Of a stretch of 64,000 nt of DNA, positions 1 to 9,374 are shown in pieces. How positions within the stretch are numbered: position 1 is the first letter of the stretch; each line of letters opens with the position of its first letter. Source of the DNA: Leptolyngbyaceae cyanobacterium. Lineage in GTDB: Bacteria > Cyanobacteriota > Cyanobacteriia > Phormidesmidales > Phormidesmidaceae. The stretch is taken from the NCBI GenBank assembly GCA_965263355.1, contig CBDHHL010000032.1, forward strand, positions 3,296,001 to 3,360,000, read 5' to 3'. A model generated the notes under the pieces. It was given only the letters and a program-made list of their open reading frames with translations, had not been told where the DNA came from and made no database searches. Position numbers and translations under genes: made by a program.

Positions 1-108
1 TTCTCCCCAGCGGCAGTGCCACCGTCGATAAAGAATTTCCCAGCCTTGTTGTGTGAGCCAGTTTTCCACCAGTTGCTCACCATAAATTCCCAGGTCGTGG
101 TCTGGCAT
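1..108 (-). CDS. YraN family (UPF0102) putative endonuclease, 5' part (runs off window start)
   Basis: Manual translation from ATG at 108: MPDHDLGIYGEQLVENWLTQQGWEILYRRWHCRWGE, matching the YraN N-terminal pattern GxxGE...L...G..IL.R.W.CR.GE. Confidence 0.85.
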   Translation of the reverse strand, partial: MPDHDLGIYGEQLVENWLTQQGWEILYRRWHCRWGE

Positions 109-166
109 GTGCTGTTTGGTAATGACTAACTAATGGGTCATGCCATTGCTAAATTGCCCCGATGGT

Positions 167-239
167 TAAACCTGATCCACGTTCTGGATGGTCGTTTTTC
201 CGGTGAAGACTCTATAGGTTTCACCTTGAATGTGGCTGA
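167..239 (+). repeat. ~73-bp dispersed hairpin repeat, copy 1
   Basis: taaacctgatccacgttctggatggtcgtttttccggtgaagactctataggtttcaccttgaatgtggctga aligns without gaps to the copies at 4021, 33098 and 63863. Confidence 0.75.
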
Positions 240-325
240 AAGCAAAAATCAAGTACTGCTAACTATCGATTTAAATTGATAGAAAACTGGGTACTATAGG
301 CTCAAATCTCCTAAGGCTGGGCATT

Positions 326-1423
326 ATGAGCCGAAAACTAAAGGCAGACATTCATGCGGAATATCAGCAGGCGTTTGAGCGATGTACCGTCCTTTCGGAG
401 TCACTCGGACTCGTAAACGGGGTGGCCAAGCGAATGGTTGATTTGCGATCGCACTACGAGGCCGTTGAAAAAGCAACGACTGTGCCCTGGTGGTTTGCTG
501 GCATTCTGCATTACAAAGAATGGAATTTTCGGGAACCGGCCTTATTTGAAAAGCAAGTGGCTAAGGTACTCAAGGCTAAAAAATATGATCAGGCCACGAC
601 AAGGACTGTGGCCGCCTACCTTTGGGGCTTTGACCTTTGGAATGGCTTTCAAGATGGCTCTGGCGATCAGTCAACCTGGGTTTGGGGGAGCACCAATGTT
701 TTAGCTAAGAAAACCTCTGAAATGGGGGCGGCTGGAATCTTAAAACATCTCCAAGCGCAAGGGATCGTCAAGCTGAGTGTAACGACTGCACCGAAGAGTG
801 CTAAGCCGCAGGCGAAAGCAGGGGCGACCGCCACCCCAAAACCAGCCGCTAAGCCTGCCAAAAAAGGAAAAAAACTACCGGTCATGTATTTTTCCCAGCG
901 GGATAATGCTGCCCAGGCCCATCGGACCTGCAATACTGCTAGCTGTTGGATGGGGGCACTCTATATGAAAACTGCCCTGTGGGAAGAGTGTGGCCAAGAT
1001 CATAATGCCGATCTCAACTTTTATTTGCCCAAGGTGGAGGCCTATGGTGATACCACGGATCATGGTGCACAGACTAGGGCGTTGTCCAGCCTCGGTGTTG
1101 ATTCTGAATGGCATACGAGCCTATCTATGAATGATGTCAAAAAAGAAATTGACACAGGACGTCCTGTGGTTTTGGGTGTACTACACAAGGGGCCTGTGAG
1201 TAGTCCCCGTGGCGGTGGCCACATGATTTTGGCGGTAGGCTATGACGACACTGGCTTTTTTATCCATGATCCCTACGGTGAGATGGATCTGGTTAATGGT
1301 GATTACCCTGATTCTACCGATGGCTCTTATCGCCACTACAGTTACAAGAATTTAGGAGCCCGATTTGAGGTGGAAGGACCGGGTAGTGGTTGGGGACGCC
1401 TATATAAAGGTAGTCGTAAGTAA
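326..1423 (+). CDS. C39-like cysteine peptidase with degenerate N-terminal lysozyme-like domain and K/A/P-rich linker
   Basis: C-terminal YFSQRDN..RTCN (Cys), GGGHMILAVGYD (His), IHDPYG (Asp); N-terminal YEAVEKATTVPWWFAGILHYKE motif. Confidence 0.75.
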   Translation: MSRKLKADIHAEYQQAFERCTVLSESLGLVNGVAKRMVDLRSHYEAVEKATTVPWWFAGILHYKEWNFREPALFEKQVAKVLKAKKYDQATTRTVAAYLWGFDLWNGFQDGSGDQSTWVWGSTNVLAKKTSEMGAAGILKHLQAQGIVKLSVTTAPKSAKPQAKAGATATPKPAAKPAKKGKKLPVMYFSQRDNAAQAHRTCNTASCWMGALYMKTALWEECGQDHNADLNFYLPKVEAYGDTTDHGAQTRALSSLGVDSEWHTSLSMNDVKKEIDTGRPVVLGVLHKGPVSSPRGGGHMILAVGYDDTGFFIHDPYGEMDLVNGDYPDSTDGSYRHYSYKNLGARFEVEGPGSGWGRLYKGSRK

Positions 1424-1440
1424 TTACACGACTGAACTAA

Positions 1441-3393
1441 CTACCCATCTAACTGACTATAGAATTCGCCAACCCAAGGTAAACTAGCCAAATCTTCAAA
1501 GGCGACCTGTCGTTCTTGTTCCAGCTCGGCAATCCGTTTTTTCTCGGCATAGCTTTGCTTTTGATAATAGGCGCACTCTTTGGGGTGAGTTTCTAGGTCT
1601 GTTTCTGCCCACAGTTTGAGAAAGTAGCGATAGCGTTTTTCGCATAGGGTTTTTTCCATACAGGCCACAGATGCTCGAATAATTAATGGGGCTCGCAGAA
1701 TATCACGCTGGGTTTTCTCATCGAGATATAGCAGGTGATGGACTTGGGATAGGGGACCTGTGGATTCGGATGTCAGGTTTCGCAGCTGTTCTAGCAAGCT
1801 GATGGTATTTTCTGATGGGGGTTGGGCTTCATCAGCGACCTGCCACTGCAGCATCATGCGCCAGAGGGCACGATGGTGGGAAAAACTGAGTTGTAAATCC
1901 CGTTCTTCGAGGGCTTGTTTAATGGCCTGACGATTGTTGGGCATGTGAATATATACTCGCAACAGCCAGCCTTCGGCTTCTTCAAGGGCACTTTTTTTAA
2001 GGGCGATCTTGGTGGTTTTTGGGGCTTCGTCGGGGGAGCGTCGCTGTCGACGTACCTGGGCTAAAAAGTTTTCGGCTAGCAGCGGTACTAACCGAGCATC
2101 GCCCTGGCTAAAAATTTCGGCACAGTGGCGAATATAGTGGGTACGGGTATCGGCATTGGCAATGTCTGCTAGCAGTTTGACCATAGCCTGGGACGCTTTT
2201 TGAAACTGATCGGCCTGTTTCAGGTCTAGCGTTAGTAGGGTTTTTTGGATTTGCCAGTCGAGCCATAAAGGGGCCGCATCTACCAGGGCGTTGTACTCGT
2301 CAGCAACATGGGTTTTGAGGTAGTCATCCGGATCTTTGCCGTCAGGAAGGTTGAGAATTCTTAGCTGGACATCACCGCGATGGGCCATTTCAGCGACTTC
2401 CCCGATGGCGCGCTGAGCGGCTTTTACCCCGGCAGCATCGGCGTCAAAATTAAAAATAATTTGCTTTGACTCGGTGTAGCGCAGCAGCTGACGGACCTGT
2501 CCAGCATTGAGCGCGGTGCCAAGGGAGGCGACTGCATTGGTAATGTTTGCGGCATGGAGGGCAACCACATCGAAGTAGCCCTCGACGACAATGGCTCGAT
2601 CTTGCTTTGCGATCGCACCCTTTGCTTTATCTAAGCCGTAGAGGGTCTTGCTCTTATCAAAGAGTTCTGTTTCAGGTGAGTTTAGATATTTAGGTTTTTC
2701 ATCGCCCAAACAGCGTCCTCCAAACCCGATAATGCGTCCGTTGGCATCATGTATGGGCACCATCACGCGATTCCGAAAGCGGTCGTAATAGCCCGTGCCA
2801 TTTTTGTTAGGCACAATCAGGCCAGCCTGCTCCACCAGTTTGACTGAATAATTCTTTTGCTCGATGAGATAGCCGTAGAGGGGTTGCCAACCATCGGGCG
2901 CATAGCCAAAGGTAAAGCGTTTGAGGATGTCGTCACTAAACTGGCGCTGCGATCGCAAATAATCTAATGCCTGCTGTCCTACACTTTGATAGAGGGCGTG
3001 CTCGTAGAACTTAGCGGTTACCGTGAGGATTTCAAACAGCTGTTCCCTCAGGGTGATTTTTTTCTGGTACTCCTGCTGTTTAGCAGGTTCTAAGGTCTTG
3101 ACCGGAACTTGATATCGTCTGGCTAGATCTAGTACGACTTCTGCAAAAGACTGCTGCCCCAGTTCCATCAAAAACTTAAAGGCATTGCCCCCAGCGCCAC
3201 AGCTAAAACAGTAGTAAAACTGCTTGGCCGGACTAACACTAAAGCTAGGGGACTTATCGTCATGGAACGGACATAGGCCTGTAAAGTCTTTGCCCTGCTT
3301 TTTGAGTACTACATGCTCAGATACTACATCGACGATATCGGCTCGCTGACGCACATCGTCAATGGTATCTGGGTGTATGCGTGGAGAACTCAT
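1441..3393 (-). CDS. dnaG: DNA primase
   Basis: CPFHDDKSPSF zinc finger, KYLNSPET, VVEGYFDV, FDADAAG Toprim motifs. Confidence 0.98.
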   Translation of the reverse strand: MSSPRIHPDTIDDVRQRADIVDVVSEHVVLKKQGKDFTGLCPFHDDKSPSFSVSPAKQFYYCFSCGAGGNAFKFLMELGQQSFAEVVLDLARRYQVPVKTLEPAKQQEYQKKITLREQLFEILTVTAKFYEHALYQSVGQQALDYLRSQRQFSDDILKRFTFGYAPDGWQPLYGYLIEQKNYSVKLVEQAGLIVPNKNGTGYYDRFRNRVMVPIHDANGRIIGFGGRCLGDEKPKYLNSPETELFDKSKTLYGLDKAKGAIAKQDRAIVVEGYFDVVALHAANITNAVASLGTALNAGQVRQLLRYTESKQIIFNFDADAAGVKAAQRAIGEVAEMAHRGDVQLRILNLPDGKDPDDYLKTHVADEYNALVDAAPLWLDWQIQKTLLTLDLKQADQFQKASQAMVKLLADIANADTRTHYIRHCAEIFSQGDARLVPLLAENFLAQVRRQRRSPDEAPKTTKIALKKSALEEAEGWLLRVYIHMPNNRQAIKQALEERDLQLSFSHHRALWRMMLQWQVADEAQPPSENTISLLEQLRNLTSESTGPLSQVHHLLYLDEKTQRDILRAPLIIRASVACMEKTLCEKRYRYFLKLWAETDLETHPKECAYYQKQSYAEKKRIAELEQERQVAFEDLASLPWVGEFYSQLDG

Positions 3394-3471
3394 GCAGACT
3401 GAACGTAACCTTGAGGTTTAAACATCATAGGTCCAATGCTAATAGCTAAGCGGATTTTCAGCTCGTTGTCT

Positions 3472-3534
3472 GATGGGCAATGCTCACCCTACGGGCCTAC
3501 GGCTCTAATGGTGGGTGGGCATTGACCGCCTTAC
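3472..3534. repeat. Inverted pair of GTAG-type REP-like units (GTAGGGTGRGCATTGCCCA-like)
   Basis: gatgggcaatgctcaccctac is the reverse complement of gtagggtgagcattgcccatc; it is followed by gtgggtgggcattgaccgcc; a related unit gtagggtaggcaaggccta lies at ~54664. Confidence 0.5.
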
Positions 3535-4020
3535 CCAAAATTTGGAGCTTGATGCGATCTTGATTGAATAAGTGCGGCGAGGCGGTCAATACGATGATTT
3601 GTCTGCAGTACGGCAGTTTACTGATATGCAGGTGTCTGAGCCAAACTCATACAATCTTTACTAAATTCTTCTGAATGTAGATATTGCATGAACAGAGGCG
3701 GCCAGGATATTGATAAACCTACGTACGTATCGATATATTTGGATCACGTATATGTTGGAAAAGTCACATAAGTTTGTGGGCGAGGGAAAATTGATCTTCC
3801 CTAGTGAATTGAGCGGTTGCACTAAGTTTTTTAGCTAGGTTTTTTTATCAGCTAAAATTTTGTCTTAAAAGTGTATGCAGCTTTGAGTAGTCTCAATGTC
3901 TACTTTTTTCTGTATTCGTTTTTACACAATCGTGCAATGGCAATGTACAAAAAACAGGTTTCTGCTGTGATAACAACTTTTAGGGGCTACTACGTTTCTT
4001 TGTTGCAATTTTCACTTAGC

Positions 4021-4093
4021 TAAACCTTGTTCATGTCCAGGACGATTGTTTCTCTGTAGAAGAATCTACAGGTTGCAACTTGGATGTAGTTTA
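4021..4093 (+). repeat. ~73-bp dispersed hairpin repeat, copy 2
   Basis: taaaccttgttcatgtccaggacgattgtttctctgtagaagaatctacaggttgcaacttggatgtagttta; inner stem CTGTAGA-agaa-TCTACAG. Confidence 0.8.
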
Positions 4094-4126
4094 TATCAGA
4101 AAAAATTCGGGCATAGAAGAGTTTCG

Positions 4127-4699
4127 ATGAACGTCTTGATGCTTGCTCCACACCCGTTTTATCAGGCTAGAGGTACTCCAATCGCTGTCGATTTGGTATT
4201 GAGGGTCCTTTCCGGTCGTGGTGAGGTTGTTGATGTTGTAACGTTTGCTGAAGGCAAAGACATGCACTACGCTAACGTTAAAATTTATCGCACCCCACCC
4301 TTTCGGTTTACTCGGAACATTAGACCTGGATTTTCATTGAAGAAGTTGATTTGCGATCTGTTCGTTTTTATCAAGGCGATTCAGTTGGTTAGAACAGGTC
4401 GCTATGACTTGGTCCATGCTGGTGAGGAAGCTGTGTTTATGGCGTTGATTATCAAAAAGGTCTTTGGTATTCCTTACGTCTATGACATGGATTCTTCCCT
4501 GGTCGGTCAGCTTGTCGATAAATATTCTGGTTTGCGATTTGTCAAGCCTATATTAGAGATGTTTGAAGGAGCTGCTGTCAAGAATGCAGAGGCAGTCATT
4601 CCCGTCTGTGGAGCCCTAGCGACTGAGGTTCAACGCTATAGTCCCAGTCAAAAAATTGTCGTTATTCCTGATATCTCGTTGCTGCACCAATCTCGATAG
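4127..4699 (+). CDS. Glycosyltransferase family 4, N-terminal (acceptor-binding) domain only
   Basis: MNVLMLAPHPFYQARGTP..., YDLVHAGEE, IPYVYDMDS; ends right after the 'KIVVIPD' inter-domain linker; ATG at 4127 preferred over TTG 4046, which lies inside the repeat. Confidence 0.8.
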   Translation: MNVLMLAPHPFYQARGTPIAVDLVLRVLSGRGEVVDVVTFAEGKDMHYANVKIYRTPPFRFTRNIRPGFSLKKLICDLFVFIKAIQLVRTGRYDLVHAGEEAVFMALIIKKVFGIPYVYDMDSSLVGQLVDKYSGLRFVKPILEMFEGAAVKNAEAVIPVCGALATEVQRYSPSQKIVVIPDISLLHQSR

Positions 4700-4760
4700 G
4701 GTTGGTTGCTTCACTCTGCTTGTGTCTAACGTTCAATCAATAAAAAGGGGCTTTTATTTT

Positions 4761-5384
4761 ATGCAGTTGACTCAGTTAAGAAGTACTTATAGCATCACTG
4801 GCCCCCTACTGATGTATGTGGGGAATTTGGAGCGGTATCAGGGGATTGATTTACTGTTAGAAAGCTTTCAACTGGCGCACGCTGAGATTAATGAGGCTAG
4901 ATTGGTAATTATTGGTGGGGCAGCTGAGCATATTGAATCCTACCAGCGACGTTCTCGGCAGTTAGGAATCGAGGCTGCTGTGCACTTTATCGGGAAGCGG
5001 CCGGTTGAGGATTTAGCCTATTATTTAGCTCAGGCCGATGTGCTGACATCACCCCGCACCCAGGGCAACAATACGCCCATGAAGCTATATTCCTATTTAG
5101 ACAGTGGCAAGGCATTATTAGCAACGGATCTACCTACCCATACTCAGGTGCTGAATCGTCGGGTAGCTTGGCTGGCTACGCCTACTGCTGAGGAGTTTTC
5201 CCAGGGCATGTTGCAATTGATGCGAGATCAAGAGCTGCGTGAACAACTAGGCATAGAAGCACGGGCATTGATTGCCAAACAGCATACCTATGAAGCGTTT
5301 TCTGAAAAATTGACTGGATTGTACGACTGGCTGCAGACCCAATTGCTAGGGGATATACAACCCTCCAATCTTTCATTTGAATAG
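4761..5384 (+). CDS. Glycosyltransferase family 4, C-terminal (nucleotide-sugar binding) domain only
   Basis: LMYVGNLERYQGIDLLL, ADVLTSPR..GNNTPMKLYSYLDSGKALLATD; own ATG at 4761 after a purine-rich run. Confidence 0.8.
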   Translation: MQLTQLRSTYSITGPLLMYVGNLERYQGIDLLLESFQLAHAEINEARLVIIGGAAEHIESYQRRSRQLGIEAAVHFIGKRPVEDLAYYLAQADVLTSPRTQGNNTPMKLYSYLDSGKALLATDLPTHTQVLNRRVAWLATPTAEEFSQGMLQLMRDQELREQLGIEARALIAKQHTYEAFSEKLTGLYDWLQTQLLGDIQPSNLSFE

Positions 5385-5395
5385 ATGCAAGTACT

Positions 5396-7063
5396 GTGCA
5401 GAGAACCCTAAAGGCATTATCCAATCGGGCATTTGATCTTTTGGTCCTCGGTGGGGGTATCCAAGGTGCTTGTGTGGCTTGGGAAGCAACCCTGCGTGGC
5501 CTATCGGTGGCGTTAATTGATAAGTCTGACTTTGGTGCTGCGACATCTGCCAATAGCTTGAAAATCATCCATGGTGGTTTGCGCTATTTGCAAACAGCTG
5601 ACTTTGGCCGGATGAGGCAATCCATTCGAGAACGGCAAATTTTGATGCGGATTGCCCCTCACCTGGTCCATCCGTTGCCTATTTTGGTGCCTACCTATGG
5701 CCATGGATTAAAGGGTAAAGAGGCTATGTTTGTAGCCCTAAAGCTCAATGATGTGATTAGCTGCGATCGCAATCAAGGGTTGCCTGATCCCCAAAAGCAT
5801 ATTCCCCCAGGCCGCATGATCTCGCGTCAGCGTTGTCAGCAGCAGGTCCCTGGCATTAAAGATCAGGGCTTAACTGGTGCAGCAACGTTCCATGATGCTC
5901 AGGTCTATAACTCTGAACGATTGACCCTGGCCTTTATCAAATCAGCTGCTCAAGCGGGGGCAACGGTGGCCAACTATGTCAAAGCAACGGGGTTTCTGCA
6001 AACCGATGACCAGGTGCAGGGCATTACGGCCCAAGATAGTTTGACGGGGGCACAGTTTGATATTCAAGCCAAGGCTGTGGTCAATACCAGTGGTCCTTGG
6101 CTAAATGAAGTGTTGAACTGGTTACCGACTCCTCCGGCACACCAGCCCTTTGCCAAAGCAGTTAATGTCGTACTACATCGACCTTTGCTGGAAACCCCTT
6201 ATGCCGTTGCCTTTAAGAGCAGTTTTCCTGAGTCTGGGGATGCCCAGGTAGGTACAAAATCTCGGATGTTGTTTGTGGTACCTTGGCGCGATACGTCTAT
6301 GATTGGTACTCATTATAGTGTCTGTTACCAATCGCCCGACCGTTGGCAGGTGGACGAATGCGAAATCCTCAGCTTACTGCAGCAAATTAATCAAGCCTAT
6401 GGGCCGGCTCAATTGACCAGGGATGATGTCGCGTTTGTTCATGGTGGACTATTACCACAATCAGGTGTAGCTAGCAATGGTGAGCCTAGCTTAGCTAAGC
6501 GCTATCGTATTCAAGATCATGCCGCTGATGGCTATCGAGGGCTACTGTCTGTCACCGGGGTGAAGTACACCACTTCTAGGGATGTGGCGGAAAAAGTTAC
6601 TGATTATCTATTTCGTGTGTGGGGACAGCTGCCCCCACCGTCACGGTCGGCAACGACACCTCTTGTAGGCGGTGACATTAGCAATATAGGGGCCTTTATT
6701 CAGCAAGCCATTGATCAAGACAATATCCAACTTGAGCCCCAGGCTGTTCGGAGTCTCATATACAACTACGGGAGTGCTCTTTTCGATATCTTTGAGGGTG
6801 AAATTGAAAACTCAACCCAGGCCATTACTGCCCAAGTACGCTATGCCGTACGGGTAGAGATGGCTCAAACCTTAAAAGATGTGATTTTTCGCCGGATTGA
6901 CCTGGGATCAGCAGGGCCTCCTCAGGAGGCGACCATTCGGCTCTGTGGAGACATTATGGCTGAGGAGCTGGGTTGGAGCCCTGCGTACACTCAAGCAGAG
7001 ATACAAGGTTTGATACCTGTCAAGACAGTTTCTAATCGATCCGCTCTCCCTCTTCACCTATAA
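5396..7063 (+). CDS. FAD-dependent glycerol-3-phosphate dehydrogenase/oxidase-like protein (GlpD/GlpA family)
   Basis: GGGIQG FAD motif, TSANSLKIIHGGLRYL, GVKYTTSR, C-terminal EMAQTLKDVIFRR domain. Confidence 0.85.
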   Translation: MQRTLKALSNRAFDLLVLGGGIQGACVAWEATLRGLSVALIDKSDFGAATSANSLKIIHGGLRYLQTADFGRMRQSIRERQILMRIAPHLVHPLPILVPTYGHGLKGKEAMFVALKLNDVISCDRNQGLPDPQKHIPPGRMISRQRCQQQVPGIKDQGLTGAATFHDAQVYNSERLTLAFIKSAAQAGATVANYVKATGFLQTDDQVQGITAQDSLTGAQFDIQAKAVVNTSGPWLNEVLNWLPTPPAHQPFAKAVNVVLHRPLLETPYAVAFKSSFPESGDAQVGTKSRMLFVVPWRDTSMIGTHYSVCYQSPDRWQVDECEILSLLQQINQAYGPAQLTRDDVAFVHGGLLPQSGVASNGEPSLAKRYRIQDHAADGYRGLLSVTGVKYTTSRDVAEKVTDYLFRVWGQLPPPSRSATTPLVGGDISNIGAFIQQAIDQDNIQLEPQAVRSLIYNYGSALFDIFEGEIENSTQAITAQVRYAVRVEMAQTLKDVIFRRIDLGSAGPPQEATIRLCGDIMAEELGWSPAYTQAEIQGLIPVKTVSNRSALPLHL

Positions 7064-7119
7064 CTGTTACCTAAGCCCGTTGTTAATGCTCTATTGATTA
7101 AGTTTTATCTAACTCTCCT

Positions 7120-7665
7120 ATGCCCTCTCCTATTGCCCATGCCGTTTCTGGTTATGCCATTATCAAGGGGTTAGAGCCCTCAAAAGTGTATAAAAGGTGG
7201 CAGTTAGCGCTATATGCGGTCTTTGTCGCCATTGCAGCAGATTTTGACTTTTTGCCTCAGCTGATTGCTGGCATCGATACCCACCGTGGGTTTACCCACA
7301 GCGTTGTCTTTGCGATCGCATTTAGCCTGATTGTAAGCAAATTGGCGAATGGGCGTACATCTTTGCAATACAGACGATTGTTTGCATTAACGCTGATTAT
7401 TTACGGTTCTCACCTGGTGTTAGATTTCTTTACCCAGGGTGGATCTGGTGTGCCCTTACTGTGGCCCATGAGTAATCAACCGTTTCAGTCAGCCATCCCG
7501 ATTTTCCCAGCTGTCCATCACTCCCATGGCCTATTCGATTCAATTCATATTGTTTTTCTGAGTTTTGAGTTGACTTACACGGTAATTTTGTTGTGGAGCC
7601 TATCCCGATGGCAAGCGTTTAACCATCAGCATAGGCAGAAGACTTCTAGTCTAAATAGCCGTTGA
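7120..7665 (+). CDS. YdjM-type membrane-bound metal-dependent hydrolase
   Basis: MPSPIAH, DFD, HRGFTHS, SHLVLD, GVPLLWP motifs. Confidence 0.85.
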   Translation: MPSPIAHAVSGYAIIKGLEPSKVYKRWQLALYAVFVAIAADFDFLPQLIAGIDTHRGFTHSVVFAIAFSLIVSKLANGRTSLQYRRLFALTLIIYGSHLVLDFFTQGGSGVPLLWPMSNQPFQSAIPIFPAVHHSHGLFDSIHIVFLSFELTYTVILLWSLSRWQAFNHQHRQKTSSLNSR

Positions 7666-7722
7666 ACCTTCAAGCTACCCTAGCCCAGCCAGCCAAATTT
7701 TGATTCAGTACTGAGCAAGCGT

Positions 7723-9342
7723 ATGAACTCTCTGACAAGCTCCGAGTCTCGCCAAGTTGAACTTGTTGCTGCTTCTAACGGTCGTCATTTTATCCTGATT
7801 GATGCCCATGTTCATATTTATGATTGCTTTGACATCGATACATTTTTAGATGCGGCCTGGCATAATTTCCGCAATCAAGCAGGGGAGCATGCTGACTTTA
7901 CTGGGCTGCTTTTGTTAACGGAGAGTGGTCACGACCATTGGTTTCAGACGCTTTCCGCACAGATCGGGGAGAATGATCTAGCCCAGGGCTGGTCGTTTTA
8001 TCCAACGGCGGAGTCCTACTCGTTACGGGCGACTGATGCTCAGGGTAGAACCCTTTACCTGGTGGCCGGTCGTCAAGTGATTACGACTGAAAAGTTAGAG
8101 GTTTTGGCCTTGATTTGCGATCTCACCTTCCCAGATGGTTTAGCCGCTACAAGTACGATTGCAGCCATTCAAAATGCTGGTGGAATCGCTGTTTTACCCT
8201 GGGGAGTGGGCAAATGGATCGGTAAACGGGGCCAGTTAGTGACCCACCTGCTCCAGCAGTCGGACTTATCCCCCTTATTTCTAGGAGATAACAGTGGTCG
8301 GCCTCGCTTTTGGGGGCGACCTGGCTACTTTGCCCAAGCTGAACAGCAAGGATTGCCCATACTACCGGGAACAGATCCATTACCTTTGAGTTCTGAAGTC
8401 TCTCGGCCAGGAAGCTTTGGCCTTATGGTCATGGGAAAATTAGATACGAATAAGCCAGGTAGCGATATAAAAGCCAAGTTATTAGCGCCTTCGGTCAACT
8501 GTCAACCCTACGGCGGGCTAGAATCTCCCCTACCCTTTGTTCGTAATCAAATTGCTCTGAGAGTCAACTCTTCTCAGTCGGCTTCTGCTTCTATTGCTAT
8601 GGATAATCACATTGCGCCTACACCTGGTGAGTTGCCTGAAACTGCGGATATAGAAACCTCATCGGAGGACTATGCCACCCGGTTTGCTGGGGCCATTGGT
8701 GCCTGGTTGTTACAGGTACAAGAAACAGCCACTTTAAATATGGTGGCCGCTTACCCTGGGGCAAAGATTCTAGATGTGGGAGGGGGCCATGGTCAGTTAA
8801 CCAATGCTCTGATTGAGCAAGACTATGACGTAACTGTGCTGGGGAGTGCCGAGGTCTGTAAGGCCAGAATTCAACCCTATCTTGCTCGAGGACAATGCAA
8901 GTTTCAAGTAGGTAATGTGTTGAATATGCCTTACTTAGACAACAGCTTTGATGTTGTCATTAGCTATCGTTTTCTGGCCCATGTCACCCAGTGGCAGCAG
9001 TTTTTGAAAGAACTCGCCAGAGTTGCTGGTAAGGCGGTAATCGTGGACTATCCAACGGTGCGGAGTGCCAATGCGATCGCACCAGCCCTATTTAAATTCA
9101 AAAAAGGGTTAGAGGGGAATACTCGGCCCTTTGTTTGTTATGTAGAGCGAGATATTACTGACTTTTATCAGTCTATCGGCTGGGGGCAAAGCCAACGCTA
9201 TGCCCAATTCTTTTGGCCCATGGTGTTACACCGTAAATTAGGGCAGCCAAACATCTCCACCACCCTGGAGCAAGTCCCTCGACTATTGGGGTTAGCAAGC
9301 CTATTTGGTTCCCCTGTGATTGCTAAATTTGAACAGCGTTAA
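7723..9342 (+). CDS. PHP-like metallophosphoesterase fused to class I SAM-dependent methyltransferase
   Basis: N-terminal LIDAHVH ... LPGTDP; S/A-rich linker; C-terminal ILDVGGGHG, MPYLDNSFDVVIS, LKELARV. Confidence 0.7.
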   Translation: MNSLTSSESRQVELVAASNGRHFILIDAHVHIYDCFDIDTFLDAAWHNFRNQAGEHADFTGLLLLTESGHDHWFQTLSAQIGENDLAQGWSFYPTAESYSLRATDAQGRTLYLVAGRQVITTEKLEVLALICDLTFPDGLAATSTIAAIQNAGGIAVLPWGVGKWIGKRGQLVTHLLQQSDLSPLFLGDNSGRPRFWGRPGYFAQAEQQGLPILPGTDPLPLSSEVSRPGSFGLMVMGKLDTNKPGSDIKAKLLAPSVNCQPYGGLESPLPFVRNQIALRVNSSQSASASIAMDNHIAPTPGELPETADIETSSEDYATRFAGAIGAWLLQVQETATLNMVAAYPGAKILDVGGGHGQLTNALIEQDYDVTVLGSAEVCKARIQPYLARGQCKFQVGNVLNMPYLDNSFDVVISYRFLAHVTQWQQFLKELARVAGKAVIVDYPTVRSANAIAPALFKFKKGLEGNTRPFVCYVERDITDFYQSIGWGQSQRYAQFFWPMVLHRKLGQPNISTTLEQVPRLLGLASLFGSPVIAKFEQR

Positions 9343-9374
9343 GTATTAACAACTATTTGACTGATTAAATTTTT

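Noticed and set aside
4046..4126. N-terminal extensions or ORFs at 4046, 33090..33341 and 63729..63920 sharing 'FCRRIY' or 'KLVGFY'-type peptides
   Set aside because: They are translations of the 73-bp DNA repeat, not a protein family
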